NCBI GenBank assembly: GCA_900552685.1
Contig: USAJ01000001.1
Coordinates: 10,195-74,194 of the forward strand
DNA: 64,000 nt
DNA from: an uncultured Collinsella sp.
Lineage (GTDB): Bacteria; Actinomycetota; Coriobacteriia; Coriobacteriales; Coriobacteriaceae
Direction: 5' to 3'
Below the pieces are notes generated by a model, which did not search any database, was not told the DNA's origin, and saw nothing but the letters and a program-made list of their open reading frames with translations. Below, piece after piece: positions 13,112 to 22,959 of this stretch. The position numbers and the translations under genes were made by a program. How positions within the stretch are numbered: the first letter of the stretch is position 1; every line of letters starts with the position of its first letter.

Positions 13112-15247
13112 ATGGGGCGCAATAACAAGCATAAGCGTGGAGCTCGCAATCAGCGCGGGCCGGTGCGCAGCGAACGCCGTCCGAGCCTGACCGGGCGCGT
13201 GCAGCTCCATGAGCACAGTGCCTATGTCATAACCGAGAATGGCGACTACAAGGTCATGGGCCGTGGCAAGCGCGAGATTATGGATGGCGATACCGTTGCC
13301 GTGAGCATTAAGAACAGCCCGCACGGTGAGCGGCGCGCCGTGATCGAAGGCGTGGTTGAGCGCGCAGCCATAAGCGTGGTGGGTACGTACCAGACCGCCG
13401 GTCCGCTCGGTGTGATCGAGCCGCTCGATTCGCGTCTGAAGGCTGACTTCTTCATTCTGCCTGAGGATACCTCGGCGGATCGTCTGGGCGTTCACCCGGG
13501 TGATGCTGTTGTCGCGCGCATTTTGACCTACCCGACGCGCCTGGAATCGGGCGCTGTGACGATCGAACGCCGCATTGGCGGAGATGACGCGCCCGATTTG
13601 GGCGTTCAATATGTGATGGCGCGCTACGGCTATACCGATAGCTATCCCGAGGCCGCGCTGGACGAGGCCGAGGGGCTTTCGCTCGATGTGTCCGCGGCGC
13701 TTAAGGACCCGCTCCGCCGCGATCTGCGCGACCGCTTTGTCATCACGATCGACCCGGTCGACGCGCGCGACTTTGACGATGCCATTTCGTTGGAGCGCAC
13801 GCCCGAGGGTGGCTACAAGCTGGGTGTGCATATCGCCGACGTTTCACACTATGTGGCTTGGGACGGGCATATCGATCTTGAGGCTCGCCATCGTACGACA
13901 TCGGTGTATCTGGCCGATCGCGTGCTTCCCATGCTGCCCGAACGCCTGTCCAATGACCTGTGCTCGCTTCGCCCTGACGAGGACCGTCTTGCGTTTACCG
14001 TCGATATCGAGCTCGATGCGCAGGGTCGCGTGCGGCATTACGATCCGTATCCCAGCGTGATTCGCTCGCGTGTGCGTATGGACTATGACGGCGCCGAGGC
14101 GCTGCTGGTGCGTGCCGGCGCGGTTGAGTATTCGGTGCTGGAGGGTGCAGCCGAGGATGTTGCGGCTGCCGAGACCTCGCGCGAGGAAGCGCTTGAGCGC
14201 GGTCTTGCGTGCGAGGAGGCCGCCCGCGGCTACAACATCGACCTCGGCGATTTCCTGGTCTCCGCTAACGAACTCGCCGAACTTCGCCGTCGTATTCGTC
14301 GCGCCCGCGGCTCAGTCGATTTTGACACAGCCGAGATTCGCGCTCTATTGGATGAGGACGGAGTGCCCGTGCAGATTGTGGCGCGTGAGCGTTCGTGTGC
14401 CACGTCGCTTATCGAGGAAGCCATGCTGCTCGCCAACGAGTGCGTTGCAGAGTGGCTGGCAGACCGTGATATCGAGGCCTGCTATCGCGTGCATGAAGAT
14501 CCGAGCCCCGATAGCCTGCACGGTGCCGCCGTTGCGCTGGCGCAGCTAGGCATCATCGACGATCGCCGTGCTGCCGGTATTGCCCTGGGGAGCCCCGATG
14601 AGCTGCAGGCTGCAGTTGATGCTGCCGCCGGTACGGCCAACGCACCGCTCGTTAACACGCTGCTTCTGCGCAGCATGCAGCGCGCGCTGTACAAGCCGCG
14701 CAACGAGGGCCACTTTGCGCTCGCCGCGCCGTGCTACTGTCACTTTACGAGTCCCATCCGTCGCTACCCCGATCTGGTGGTGCACCGCGTACTCAAGCTG
14801 CAGTTGGCCTATGAGCAGCTGGGCGGCAAGGACGCCCTGGTCCGTACGCCGCGCCTGATCGGCAAGGGGCGCGAGTCACTGCCGCGCATTCTGCCGCAGA
14901 TCTGCCGCGCATGCAGCGATGCCGAGCGCGCGGCAGATGCCGCCAGCCATGCGACGCAAAAGATCAAGATTGCCCAGTACTATGAGGACCGTCTGGGCGA
15001 GCGCTATGCCGGAACCGTCTCGTGGGTTAGCAGCATGGGCCTTTTTGTGCGCTTGGACCTAACGCAGGTCGAAGGCTTGGTTTCGATCAAGAGTCTGGGC
15101 AACGAGTGGTTCGAGTTCGACGAGGACGCGCTCACGCTCACAGGTGCCGATACGGGCACCCGTTACGAGCTGGGGCAGCGCGTGATTATCGAGGTCTCGC
15201 GCGTCAATACCACGCGTGGGCACTTGGACTTTAAGCTTATCCATTAG
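13112..15247 (+). CDS. rnr: Ribonuclease R (RNB family)
   Basis: TIDPVDARDFDDA, HFTSPIRRYPDL, C-terminal S1 domain. Confidence 0.92.
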   Translation: MGRNNKHKRGARNQRGPVRSERRPSLTGRVQLHEHSAYVITENGDYKVMGRGKREIMDGDTVAVSIKNSPHGERRAVIEGVVERAAISVVGTYQTAGPLGVIEPLDSRLKADFFILPEDTSADRLGVHPGDAVVARILTYPTRLESGAVTIERRIGGDDAPDLGVQYVMARYGYTDSYPEAALDEAEGLSLDVSAALKDPLRRDLRDRFVITIDPVDARDFDDAISLERTPEGGYKLGVHIADVSHYVAWDGHIDLEARHRTTSVYLADRVLPMLPERLSNDLCSLRPDEDRLAFTVDIELDAQGRVRHYDPYPSVIRSRVRMDYDGAEALLVRAGAVEYSVLEGAAEDVAAAETSREEALERGLACEEAARGYNIDLGDFLVSANELAELRRRIRRARGSVDFDTAEIRALLDEDGVPVQIVARERSCATSLIEEAMLLANECVAEWLADRDIEACYRVHEDPSPDSLHGAAVALAQLGIIDDRRAAGIALGSPDELQAAVDAAAGTANAPLVNTLLLRSMQRALYKPRNEGHFALAAPCYCHFTSPIRRYPDLVVHRVLKLQLAYEQLGGKDALVRTPRLIGKGRESLPRILPQICRACSDAERAADAASHATQKIKIAQYYEDRLGERYAGTVSWVSSMGLFVRLDLTQVEGLVSIKSLGNEWFEFDEDALTLTGADTGTRYELGQRVIIEVSRVNTTRGHLDFKLIH

Positions 15248-15366
15248 CCAAATCCCGACTCATGGTGGGGGAGCGGAGGGCGGCCTTTCGGGACCGCCCT
15301 TCGCATTTGAATCGTGGCTACCTTGCCGTCTGCTCGGCCGCCCGCTTACCTGCTATTTGAGAGGTA

Positions 15367-15404
15367 AAACCTACCAAAATAAACCTGTCCCTTTTGGCAG
15401 GTTT
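15367..15404. repeat. Family D palindromic repeat
   Basis: AAACCTACCAAAATAAACCTGTCCCTTTTGGCAGGTTT, nearly identical to the 3188-3218 copy. Confidence 0.75.
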
Positions 15405-15423
15405 ACAAGAAAGCGGGGATGAG

Positions 15424-16029
15424 ATGGCGACGGTGTACGGTTATGCGCGGGTGAGTTCGCGCGATCAGAATCTTAATCGGCAGCTGGATGCGCTGGGCGC
15501 CTATGGCGTGGGCTCGGCGAATATTTATGCCGACCATGCGAGCGGCAAGGACTTCGATCGACCGCGTTATCGCGAGCTGCTGCACGTCCTGGGAGACGGG
15601 GACGTGCTGGTGGTGCTTTCTATCGACCGACTTGGCCGTAATTACTCCGAGATTCTTGAGGAATGGCGACGCATTACCAAGGTGCTCGGGGTTGCCATTG
15701 TGGTGTTGGATATGCCATTGCTTGACACGCGCGCCAGGGCCAGCGGCGCGCCGGATGTGACTAACACCCTGATTGCTGATATTGTGCTGCAGCTGCTGAG
15801 CTACGTGGCGCAGGTGGAGCGCGAGAATATCCATCGGCGCCAGGCGGAGGGGATTGCAGCGGCGCGGGCGCGAGGGGTCCGTTTCGGTCGACCTCGCAAG
15901 CCATGCCCTCCTCAGTTTGAGCTGGTGCGCGATAGCTATGAGGCGGGCGATATTACCCGCAGCCAGGCAGCAAAGTGCCTGGGCGTGTGCGTGGGGACGT
16001 TCGATCGCTGGATGCGCGAGGCGGGGTAG
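15424..16029 (+). CDS. Small serine recombinase (resolvase/invertase family) with C-terminal HTH
   Basis: YGYARVSSRDQN catalytic motif, SIDRLGRN, GVRFGRP. Confidence 0.9.
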   Translation: MATVYGYARVSSRDQNLNRQLDALGAYGVGSANIYADHASGKDFDRPRYRELLHVLGDGDVLVVLSIDRLGRNYSEILEEWRRITKVLGVAIVVLDMPLLDTRARASGAPDVTNTLIADIVLQLLSYVAQVERENIHRRQAEGIAAARARGVRFGRPRKPCPPQFELVRDSYEAGDITRSQAAKCLGVCVGTFDRWMREAG

Positions 16030-16133
16030 GGTTTTGCGTCGCTTTGTCGCTTCCTGTTGCGATTCAAATTTTGATACGGTGACGATGCCATTTGGGGCTA
16101 CACTCGCTGATATTCAAAAAAGGAGGTTGACCC

Positions 16134-16715
16134 TTGGCGCGCGTAAAACAAATAATCGGATGGACCGCGATCGTTCTGTTCGCTGCAACGCTGGCGGGCA
16201 TCTGGGTGCTGACGGAGCAAAATGCGGTGGAGACGTCGTTGCTGAGCGAGTCCACCGCGCGTGTGGTGGAGGGTCAGGCTACGGGCGTTCAGGCTGTCGA
16301 TGCCACGGGTGAAGCTCAGGCGGAGAACGGAATGACCGGGGGCACCGATTCGGCTGCCTCGAATGTCCGGTCTGGCCGACTTGCTTCCATTCGCATGTGG
16401 GTGGGCACGAACGTCCGTCGCGTTGCCCATACCGTAGAGTTTTTCTTCGTCGGATTGTTCGCCTCGGTGGTCGTGGTTTGCTTTTCCAGGCGTCCGTGGA
16501 GCGTATGCTCCCGTTGCGTGCCCGTATTGCTCTTTTGCGCCGCCTGCTCCGTTGGCGATCAGGTACATAAGATCTTTGTTCCCGGCAGGCATTTCGACGT
16601 TATCGATTTAGGATTCGATGCTGCGGGCTATGTCATCGCCATGCTGTTGGTATTGCTGACGGCGGCGTTGGTGCGCCATGCGACTCGGCCGATCGGCGCC
16701 CATGCGAGGCGCTAG
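16134..16715 (+). CDS. VanZ family membrane protein
   Basis: RRVAHTVEF, DQVHKIFVPGR, DAAG; TTG start follows AAGGAGG. Confidence 0.75.
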   Translation: MARVKQIIGWTAIVLFAATLAGIWVLTEQNAVETSLLSESTARVVEGQATGVQAVDATGEAQAENGMTGGTDSAASNVRSGRLASIRMWVGTNVRRVAHTVEFFFVGLFASVVVVCFSRRPWSVCSRCVPVLLFCAACSVGDQVHKIFVPGRHFDVIDLGFDAAGYVIAMLLVLLTAALVRHATRPIGAHARR

Positions 16716-16919
16716 CCGGTAACAAACCCGTTTCTGATAATGCGACCTTGTTGAATTATTTTGTGTCGCGCGTATTTCCGAGCGGTCGGTTTTGAGGGGC
16801 GAGCGGTAGAACGCTCGCCCTTTGTGCGCCACGATGCGGCACAATGTACCGCAAAAGCTGTTTGTATCCGGTACGAATCGTTCGTTGGTCTTTAATTCTT
16901 CTCAACGGAGGTGTTTGAG

Positions 16920-17771
16920 ATGGCAAACGGATTGCTTTTGCGGCTTCGCGAGCGTGAGCTCAGCGCGAGCCCGGCGGAACGCAATGTCATCGCATATGTA
17001 AGCGCTCATCCGCACGAGGTGGTCGGGCTGTCCGTCCGCGGTCTTGCCGATGTCACGTTCTCCTCGCCCTCGAGCATTTTGCGCTTTTGCAAGCGTTTGG
17101 GTTTTGCGGGCTACAAGGAGTTCCAACGCGAACTGATTGCCGAGCTGGCGCTCTTAGGTGACAAGAAAGACGTTGCCCTCGAGGACATCTCCATGGATGA
17201 CAGCGTCGAACGTATCGTGGGGAAGGTGATGAAAAGCAACGTGCGCACGATCGAGGCGACGGCGCGAACGCTCGATTACACCGTCTTGGAGCGATGCGCG
17301 GCCCGTCTTAAGCGGGCACGCGCGGTCAATCTGTTCGGTATTGGTGCTTCTCGTTTGGTCGCGCACGACCTGGCGCAAAAGCTCATGCGTGTCGACAAAG
17401 AGTGCCATCTGTACGACGACTGGCATGATCAGCTCTTATGTGCCAAGAACATGCATGAGGGCGATATGGCAATCGCCTTTAGTTACTCGGGCTTGACGCA
17501 AGAGGTGCTGGACTGCACCGCCGAGGCTCAACGCCACAACTGTCCCGTAGTGGCCGTTACCAAAGTAGATGGATCATCCAAGCTTGCCACCATGGCCGAT
17601 GCCGTGCTAGGCGTTGCTGCGAGTGAACCCTTGGTCCGCAGCGGTGCCATGGCTTCGCGTATGGCCCAGCTTATGGTTGTCGATGCCCTGTACGCTGCTT
17701 ACGTTGCCAGCGACTACGAACGGGCGACGCATGTCATTAAGCAAAACTACATCGAGAAACAGGAAAGATGA
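16920..17771 (+). CDS. murR: MurR/RpiR family transcriptional regulator
   Basis: HTH SSILRFCKRLGFAGYKEF plus SIS domain (FGIGAS, FSYSG); upstream of murQ. Confidence 0.85.
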   Translation: MANGLLLRLRERELSASPAERNVIAYVSAHPHEVVGLSVRGLADVTFSSPSSILRFCKRLGFAGYKEFQRELIAELALLGDKKDVALEDISMDDSVERIVGKVMKSNVRTIEATARTLDYTVLERCAARLKRARAVNLFGIGASRLVAHDLAQKLMRVDKECHLYDDWHDQLLCAKNMHEGDMAIAFSYSGLTQEVLDCTAEAQRHNCPVVAVTKVDGSSKLATMADAVLGVAASEPLVRSGAMASRMAQLMVVDALYAAYVASDYERATHVIKQNYIEKQER

Positions 17772-17781
17772 GGTGAATGAA

Positions 17782-18705
17782 ATGCTCGATTTAACAAAAT
17801 TCACGACCGAACAGCGTAATCAAAGGTCAATGGACCTCGATACGATGACATCGCTGCAAATCGTCACGACGATGAACGATGAGGATCTTCGTGCCGTCCA
17901 GTCGGTCACGAAAGTGTTGCCCCAGGTTGCCACAGCAATCGACTGGGCTGCTGAGACACTCGAGCGCGGCGGGCGCGTCTTTTACATGGGCGCAGGCACC
18001 AGCGGTCGTCTGGGCGTACTCGACGCTTCGGAGTGTCCGCCCACGTTTGGCGTGTCACCCGATCTGATTGTCGGGCTCATTGCCGGAGGCGAGACGGCGT
18101 TTATCAAGGCTGTCGAAGGTGCCGAAGACAGCGATGAGCTTGGCGCGAACGACCTGCGAGAGCGTGGACTCTCGGACAAGGATCTTGTCGTTGGCCTGGC
18201 GGCAAGCGGTCGTACTCCTTATGTGGTGGGCGGCCTTGTGTACGCCAAGGCAACTGGGTGCAAGACCATTGCAATTGCCTGCAACCAAGGGTCGAAGATC
18301 GGGGAGAGCGCAGATCTTGCCATTGAGCCCGTGCCCGGTCCCGAGGTGCTGACCGGCTCAACGAGACTCAAGGCGGGAACGGTTCAAAAGCTCATTCTCA
18401 ACATGATTTCGACCGGTGCCATGGTCAAGATTGGCAAGGTGTACCAAAACCTGATGGTCGATGTGCAGCAGACGAACGAGAAGTTGGTGGTGCGCGGCCA
18501 GAACATCGTGATGGAAGCGACCGACTGCACGCGCGAGCGCGCTGTTCAGGCGCTTGCGGATGCCGGCGGCCACGTAAAAACCGCTATTGTCTCGGTGCTG
18601 TTGGACTGCGATGCCGAGCAGGCTGCGGTAGCTCTTGAACGGGCGCACGGCCATGTCCGTACTGCGGTGAGTGGCCATGAGAAGAGCAATGCCGACGCCC
18701 AATAG
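17782..18705 (+). CDS. murQ: N-acetylmuramic acid 6-phosphate etherase
   Basis: GAGTSGRLGVLDASECPPTFG, GPEVLTGSTRLKAGT. Confidence 0.95.
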   Translation: MLDLTKFTTEQRNQRSMDLDTMTSLQIVTTMNDEDLRAVQSVTKVLPQVATAIDWAAETLERGGRVFYMGAGTSGRLGVLDASECPPTFGVSPDLIVGLIAGGETAFIKAVEGAEDSDELGANDLRERGLSDKDLVVGLAASGRTPYVVGGLVYAKATGCKTIAIACNQGSKIGESADLAIEPVPGPEVLTGSTRLKAGTVQKLILNMISTGAMVKIGKVYQNLMVDVQQTNEKLVVRGQNIVMEATDCTRERAVQALADAGGHVKTAIVSVLLDCDAEQAAVALERAHGHVRTAVSGHEKSNADAQ

Positions 18706-18762
18706 GTGCGCGGCGTGAGCTGATATGACATCCAGACGAGATACCCAATACAAGGAGGAGTT

Positions 18763-20193
18763 ATGACGAACAAAGAGCTGGCCCAAAAGCTGTTGGACCT
18801 TTTGGGCGGTAAAGACAACGTGCTCGCAAACGCGGCGTGCATGACGCGCCTGCGCGTGACCGTCAAAGACACGGGCAACGTCGACACGGAGGGTATTAAG
18901 GCACTCGACGGCGTGATGGGCCTGGTCGAGGACGACACGATGCAGATCGTGCTGGGTCCGGGCAAGGTGAATAAGGTGCTCGAGGAGTTCTCCAAGCTCA
19001 CCGGCCTTGCGAAAGGCGTTGCCGACGAGAGCGTGGTTGACGCTGCGGCCACAAACAAGGCCGCGCAGAAGGCCAAGTACGAGTCCAAGCCGGTTCAGGC
19101 CTTCCTCAAGAAGATTTCCAATGTCTTCGTCGCCCTGCTTCCCGGCATCATTGCGGCTGGCCTCATCAACGGTATCTGCAACGTCATTAACGTCTCGACG
19201 GCAGGCGCGCTTGCAGGCGAGTGGTGGTACCAGGGCATTCGTTCCATGGGCTGGGCCCTGTTCGCCTATCTGCCCATCTTGGTGGGTTATAACGCGGCAC
19301 GTGAGTTTGGTGGCTCCGCTGCGCTGGGCGGCATCGCCGGCATGATGTGCATCGCCAACAGTGCCATGCCCCTGCTTGCGCCTGGCGCGGCTGATCCTGC
19401 CACTGCCATTCTGCTGCCGCTCACCAATACGCAGTACAACCCCGCAGCGGGCGGCATGATCGCGGCTCTCATCGCTGGCGCATTTTTTGCCTGGATGGAG
19501 CGTCAGATTCGCAAGGTTATGCCCAACGCACTCGACACGTTCTTGTCCCCGCTGCTGGTGCTCATCATCGGCGCCTTTGCTCTGATGCTCGTCATCCAGC
19601 CGGTTGGTGCATGGCTGACGACTGCCATCTTTAGCGTTTTGACCTTTATCTTCGAGAAGCTGGGCGTCCTGGGCGGCTATATCCTGTCGGCAGGCTTCTT
19701 GCCGCTGGTTTCCGTCGGCCTGCATCAGGCGCTCACGCCGATCCACGCTATGCTCAACGATCCCGACGGCGCTACCAAGGGTATCAATTACCTGCTTCCC
19801 ATCCTTATGATGGCTGGCGGCGGCCAGGTCGGTGCCGGTTTGGCGCTGTACTTTAAGACCAAGAACGCCAAGCTCAAGAAGTACGTCGCAGAGTCCATTC
19901 CCGTTGGAATCCTGGGTGTGGGCGAGCCTCTGATGTATGCTGTTACGCTGCCGCTCGTTCGTCCGTTTGTGACGGCCTGCCTGGGTGCCGGATTTGGCGG
20001 CGCGCTCGCGGCGCTGCTTCACATCGGCACGGTTTCTCAGGGCGTTTCCGGTCTGTTTGGCCTGCTGATCGTCGTTCCTGGCCAGCAACTCGGCTACGTT
20101 GCCGCTATGCTGCTTGCCTATGCCGCCGGCTTTGTCCTGACGTGGTTCTTTGGCGTCGACGAGCAGAAGATCAACGAGTTCTTTGGCGAGTAG
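18763..20193 (+). CDS. PTS EIIBC, MurNAc (MurP-like) transporter
   Basis: EIIB CMTRLR motif, multi-TM EIIC with GVGEPLMY; murQ context. Confidence 0.88.
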   Translation: MTNKELAQKLLDLLGGKDNVLANAACMTRLRVTVKDTGNVDTEGIKALDGVMGLVEDDTMQIVLGPGKVNKVLEEFSKLTGLAKGVADESVVDAAATNKAAQKAKYESKPVQAFLKKISNVFVALLPGIIAAGLINGICNVINVSTAGALAGEWWYQGIRSMGWALFAYLPILVGYNAAREFGGSAALGGIAGMMCIANSAMPLLAPGAADPATAILLPLTNTQYNPAAGGMIAALIAGAFFAWMERQIRKVMPNALDTFLSPLLVLIIGAFALMLVIQPVGAWLTTAIFSVLTFIFEKLGVLGGYILSAGFLPLVSVGLHQALTPIHAMLNDPDGATKGINYLLPILMMAGGGQVGAGLALYFKTKNAKLKKYVAESIPVGILGVGEPLMYAVTLPLVRPFVTACLGAGFGGALAALLHIGTVSQGVSGLFGLLIVVPGQQLGYVAAMLLAYAAGFVLTWFFGVDEQKINEFFGE

Positions 20194-20260
20194 TTTGATA
20201 TCGCGAGCCGTGTTGCTCGGGGTTCGCGGCGCGCAGCAGATTTCTTGATGTTATGGTTGT

Positions 20261-20294
20261 GCCGGCGGGGCTAGCTGCTCCGCCGGCCTTTTTT
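20261..20294 (+). terminator. Terminator-like hairpin between the PTS gene and mupG
   Basis: GCCGGCGGGGC-TAGCT-GCTCCGCCGGC-CTTTTTT. Confidence 0.6.
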
Positions 20295-20310
20295 AAAGGA
20301 GCGTTGAAGC

Positions 20311-21363
20311 GTGAAAACGGGTATTTCGATTTATCTTTCCAGCCCTCTGCAGGATATTGAGCGGACGATTGAGCGCGGTGCCGCGGCGGGTGCGCGCTAT
20401 GCGTTCACCTCGCTGCATATTCCCGAGGATGGGGGAGCGGCGTATGCAGATAAAGTCCGTCATGTTCTGTCGCTGCTTTCCGCCCGCGGCATTGCGCTCA
20501 TTGCCGATGTGGGGCCTCGCACGTGCGATTTGCTCGGGCTTGAGCGCATCGAGGATCTGCGCGATTTGGGGTTGGAATACCTTCGTTTGGACTATGGTTT
20601 TAGCGCCCAGCGGGTCGCGGAGCTGTCCGGTGTATTTCGCATTGTGGTCAATGCATCGACGGTGAGTTCTGATGAAATCGCATCGTGGCGTGAAGCCGGC
20701 GCCGATGTGACTCGTTTTGCCGCCTGCCACAATTTTTACCCCAAGCCTTATACCGGTTTAGCTCTTGAAGATGTTGCTCGGACGAATCTTCGTCTTGCGG
20801 CGCTTGGATTCGAAATCATGGCTTTTGTGCCGGGTGATGCTAACGTTCGCGGGCCGGTATTCGAGGGACTGCCGACGGTCGAGGCGCAGCGCGGTCGCGC
20901 GTCAAAGGTTGCTCTCAATATGCTTGAGCTTGCACATGGCGCCGATTGCGACATTGTGTTGGTCGGCGACCCCGATCTTTCCGATGCGGGCTGGGCGCAG
21001 TTTGCTCAAGTTTCCGCCGGATACGTGGACCTGCAATGCGAGCTTGAGCTCAGTTATGCCTATGTGCGCGGGCAGATTCATCACGACCGGCCCGACTCGA
21101 GTGTCCTCATCTTTAGGTCTCAGGAGTCACGTACGAAGCTTAAGCCGGATTCCGTGCCGACGGATGCCGGAGCCGGCCTGCCGCGAAAGGCGGGGTCGAT
21201 CGCTGTGAGCAATAGCGGATATGGGCGCTACGAAGGCGAGCTTGAGATTGCGCGGGTCGATCTTCCCGGTGACGAGCGCATGAACGTTGCGGGCCATATC
21301 ACGCCCGAGGCAATGGAGCTGCTGCCGTTCATTAAACGCGGATTCGGGGTACGGTTCGTTTAG
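20311..21363 (+). CDS. mupG: MupG-like 6-phospho-N-acetylmuramidase (DUF871)
   Basis: FTSLHIPE, LRLDYG, ACHNFYP, EGLPTVE, YGRYEGELEI. Confidence 0.85.
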   Translation: MKTGISIYLSSPLQDIERTIERGAAAGARYAFTSLHIPEDGGAAYADKVRHVLSLLSARGIALIADVGPRTCDLLGLERIEDLRDLGLEYLRLDYGFSAQRVAELSGVFRIVVNASTVSSDEIASWREAGADVTRFAACHNFYPKPYTGLALEDVARTNLRLAALGFEIMAFVPGDANVRGPVFEGLPTVEAQRGRASKVALNMLELAHGADCDIVLVGDPDLSDAGWAQFAQVSAGYVDLQCELELSYAYVRGQIHHDRPDSSVLIFRSQESRTKLKPDSVPTDAGAGLPRKAGSIAVSNSGYGRYEGELEIARVDLPGDERMNVAGHITPEAMELLPFIKRGFGVRFV

Positions 21364-21455
21364 CGTGTGACCCGTGGGCTACAATTGGCCCATCATACGA
21401 AGGCGCCTCGTGTGGCGTGTGCCTGCGTTGGCCGATCTATATTCGGAGGATTCCC

Positions 21456-21815
21456 ATGACCGTACTGTTTGTTGAATATCCCAAGTGCTCGACCTGTAAG
21501 AAGGCCAAGGCATGGCTGGACGAACATGGGGTAGAGTATATCGATCGCGATATCGTTTTGGACAATCCCACGGCTGATGAGCTTGCGACCTGGATTGCTC
21601 GTTCGGGGCTGCCGGTGCGGCGCTTCTTTAATTCGTCGGGCATGAAATATCGAGAGCTGGGCCTGAAGGCGCGTCTGGATGCGGGCATGACGGATCGGGA
21701 GTGCTACGAGCTGCTGGCGACCGACGGCATGCTGGTCAAGCGTCCGCTGCTGGTGGGCGACGACTTTGCGATTCCCGGCTTTAGGGAATCGGCTTGGGCC
21801 GAGGCGTTGCTGTAG
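21456..21815 (+). CDS. ArsC/Spx-like family protein
   Basis: YPKCSTCKKA, FNSSGMKYRELGL, DGMLVKRP. Confidence 0.85.
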   Translation: MTVLFVEYPKCSTCKKAKAWLDEHGVEYIDRDIVLDNPTADELATWIARSGLPVRRFFNSSGMKYRELGLKARLDAGMTDRECYELLATDGMLVKRPLLVGDDFAIPGFRESAWAEALL

Positions 21816-21820
21816 CGGCT

Positions 21821-21994
21821 GCGGAAAGTGCGTCCCGGAATTCGCTTCCAGAATGGGATGCACTTTCCCAAAGTGGCCGGTTGCGGAAAGCACGTCCCAT
21901 TCTGAGCTTCGATTGCGGGACACGGTTTCCGGTTGAGGGCTCAACGGGAAAGTGGGGACCAGTTTGAGCTTGAAATCTGGGACGCACTTTCCGC
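21821..21994. repeat. Family G tandem palindromes, three units, 62-bp period
   Basis: Consensus GGAAAGTGCGTCCC-N18-GGGACGCACTTTCC; left arms end at 21836, 21898, 21960. Confidence 0.8.
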
Positions 21995-22011
21995 CGGCGG
22001 GCCTGCCCCAG

Positions 22012-22422
22012 TCAGTCCGCCAGCTGTGCCCATTCGTGCGGATCGTAGACCTTTACGTGTTTGTTGGGCTTGCCGCTCCAGTACTCCTCGTCCATAAAGG
22101 GCAGATATGCCTGAACGCCGGGGCAGATAAAGGGAATCCGCTGCTGTTGCAGTCGCTCGCGCTGGCGCTGCTCCAGATGCGCCTCGGATATGACGGTCGG
22201 CATGCCGGACAGCTCGACGAGGCTTGCCTGGATTCGCTTAAGGTCGGGGAGTCCCGCGTGCCATGACATCCGCATGATCAAAAAGGATGCACGGCGGTAT
22301 TTTGCCTGCACCACAGTAATGGCGGGGCGCAGTGTGGGATGGATTTTGTCCCGTTCGGGCCAAAGGTCAGCAGTGATCTCGAGGCCCAGGGTCTCCCATA
22401 GGTAATCAAGCTCTTCGTCCAT
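22012..22422 (-). CDS. Hypothetical protein, resembling the N-terminal domain of MarR/AbiEi-antitoxin-like proteins (possibly truncated)
   Basis: QRERLQQQRIPFICPGVQAYLPF motif; family assignment from memory, start uncertain (22422 or 22443). Confidence 0.5.
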   Translation of the reverse strand: MDEELDYLWETLGLEITADLWPERDKIHPTLRPAITVVQAKYRRASFLIMRMSWHAGLPDLKRIQASLVELSGMPTVISEAHLEQRQRERLQQQRIPFICPGVQAYLPFMDEEYWSGKPNKHVKVYDPHEWAQLAD

Positions 22423-22697
22423 GGTACCTCGATATCCGTGCAATGATGACGGTTCGATTGTGCCATCAGCCGTGAGTGCTGCATTGTTGTAATCTACCAG
22501 CGGTAGATGTGGGATGTTTTACGGGCTTTGACGCCGTAGGTGTCGCTGGTGCTTCACAGGTCCTTCACGTGTTGGACTAAATTAGGCCAATTTGACTGAA
22601 TTTCAAAAAAGTCAAAATTGGGGCTTGCGTCACGGCGAGACTTCCCGTATATTTCTTTCATGCGCAAAGGCACAGCCGAGCGCAGCGATGCAGTCAT

Positions 22698-22771
22698 TGG
22701 GATGTCGTCTAATGGCAGGACAGCGGATTCTGGTTCCGTCAATGGGGGTTCGACTCCCTCCATCCCAGCCA
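22698..22771 (+). tRNA. tRNA-Gln (anticodon CTG)
   Basis: Acceptor stem TGGGATG/CATCCCA, anticodon loop TTCTGGT, GTTCGA T-loop, encoded CCA. Confidence 0.95.
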
Positions 22772-22788
22772 TTGCATTTGCTACATAT

Positions 22789-22865
22789 GGCCCGTTCGTC
22801 TAGCGGTTTAGGACGCCGCCCTCTCAAGGCGGAGATCACCAGTTCGAATCTGGTACGGGCTACCA
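22789..22865 (+). tRNA. tRNA-Glu (anticodon CTC)
   Basis: Acceptor stem GGCCCGT/ACGGGCT, CCGCC-CTCTCAA-GGCGG, GTTCGAA, encoded CCA. Confidence 0.95.
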
Positions 22866-22875
22866 AAATTGAACG

Positions 22876-22904
22876 CCCGGGCCTCGTAAGAGACCCGGGT
22901 TTTG
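22876..22904 (+). terminator. Terminator after the tRNA pair
   Basis: CCCGGGCCTC-GTAA-GAGACCCGGG-TTTT. Confidence 0.7.
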
Positions 22905-22959
22905 TGTATTGACCGTATATACGGCGCCTGCCGTGTTTCGCTCAGATCGAGGAGTAGCC

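Noticed and set aside
22698..22865. Prophage or ICE integrated at the tRNAs
   Set aside because: No integrase is adjacent and no duplicated tRNA 3' end was seen in the window.
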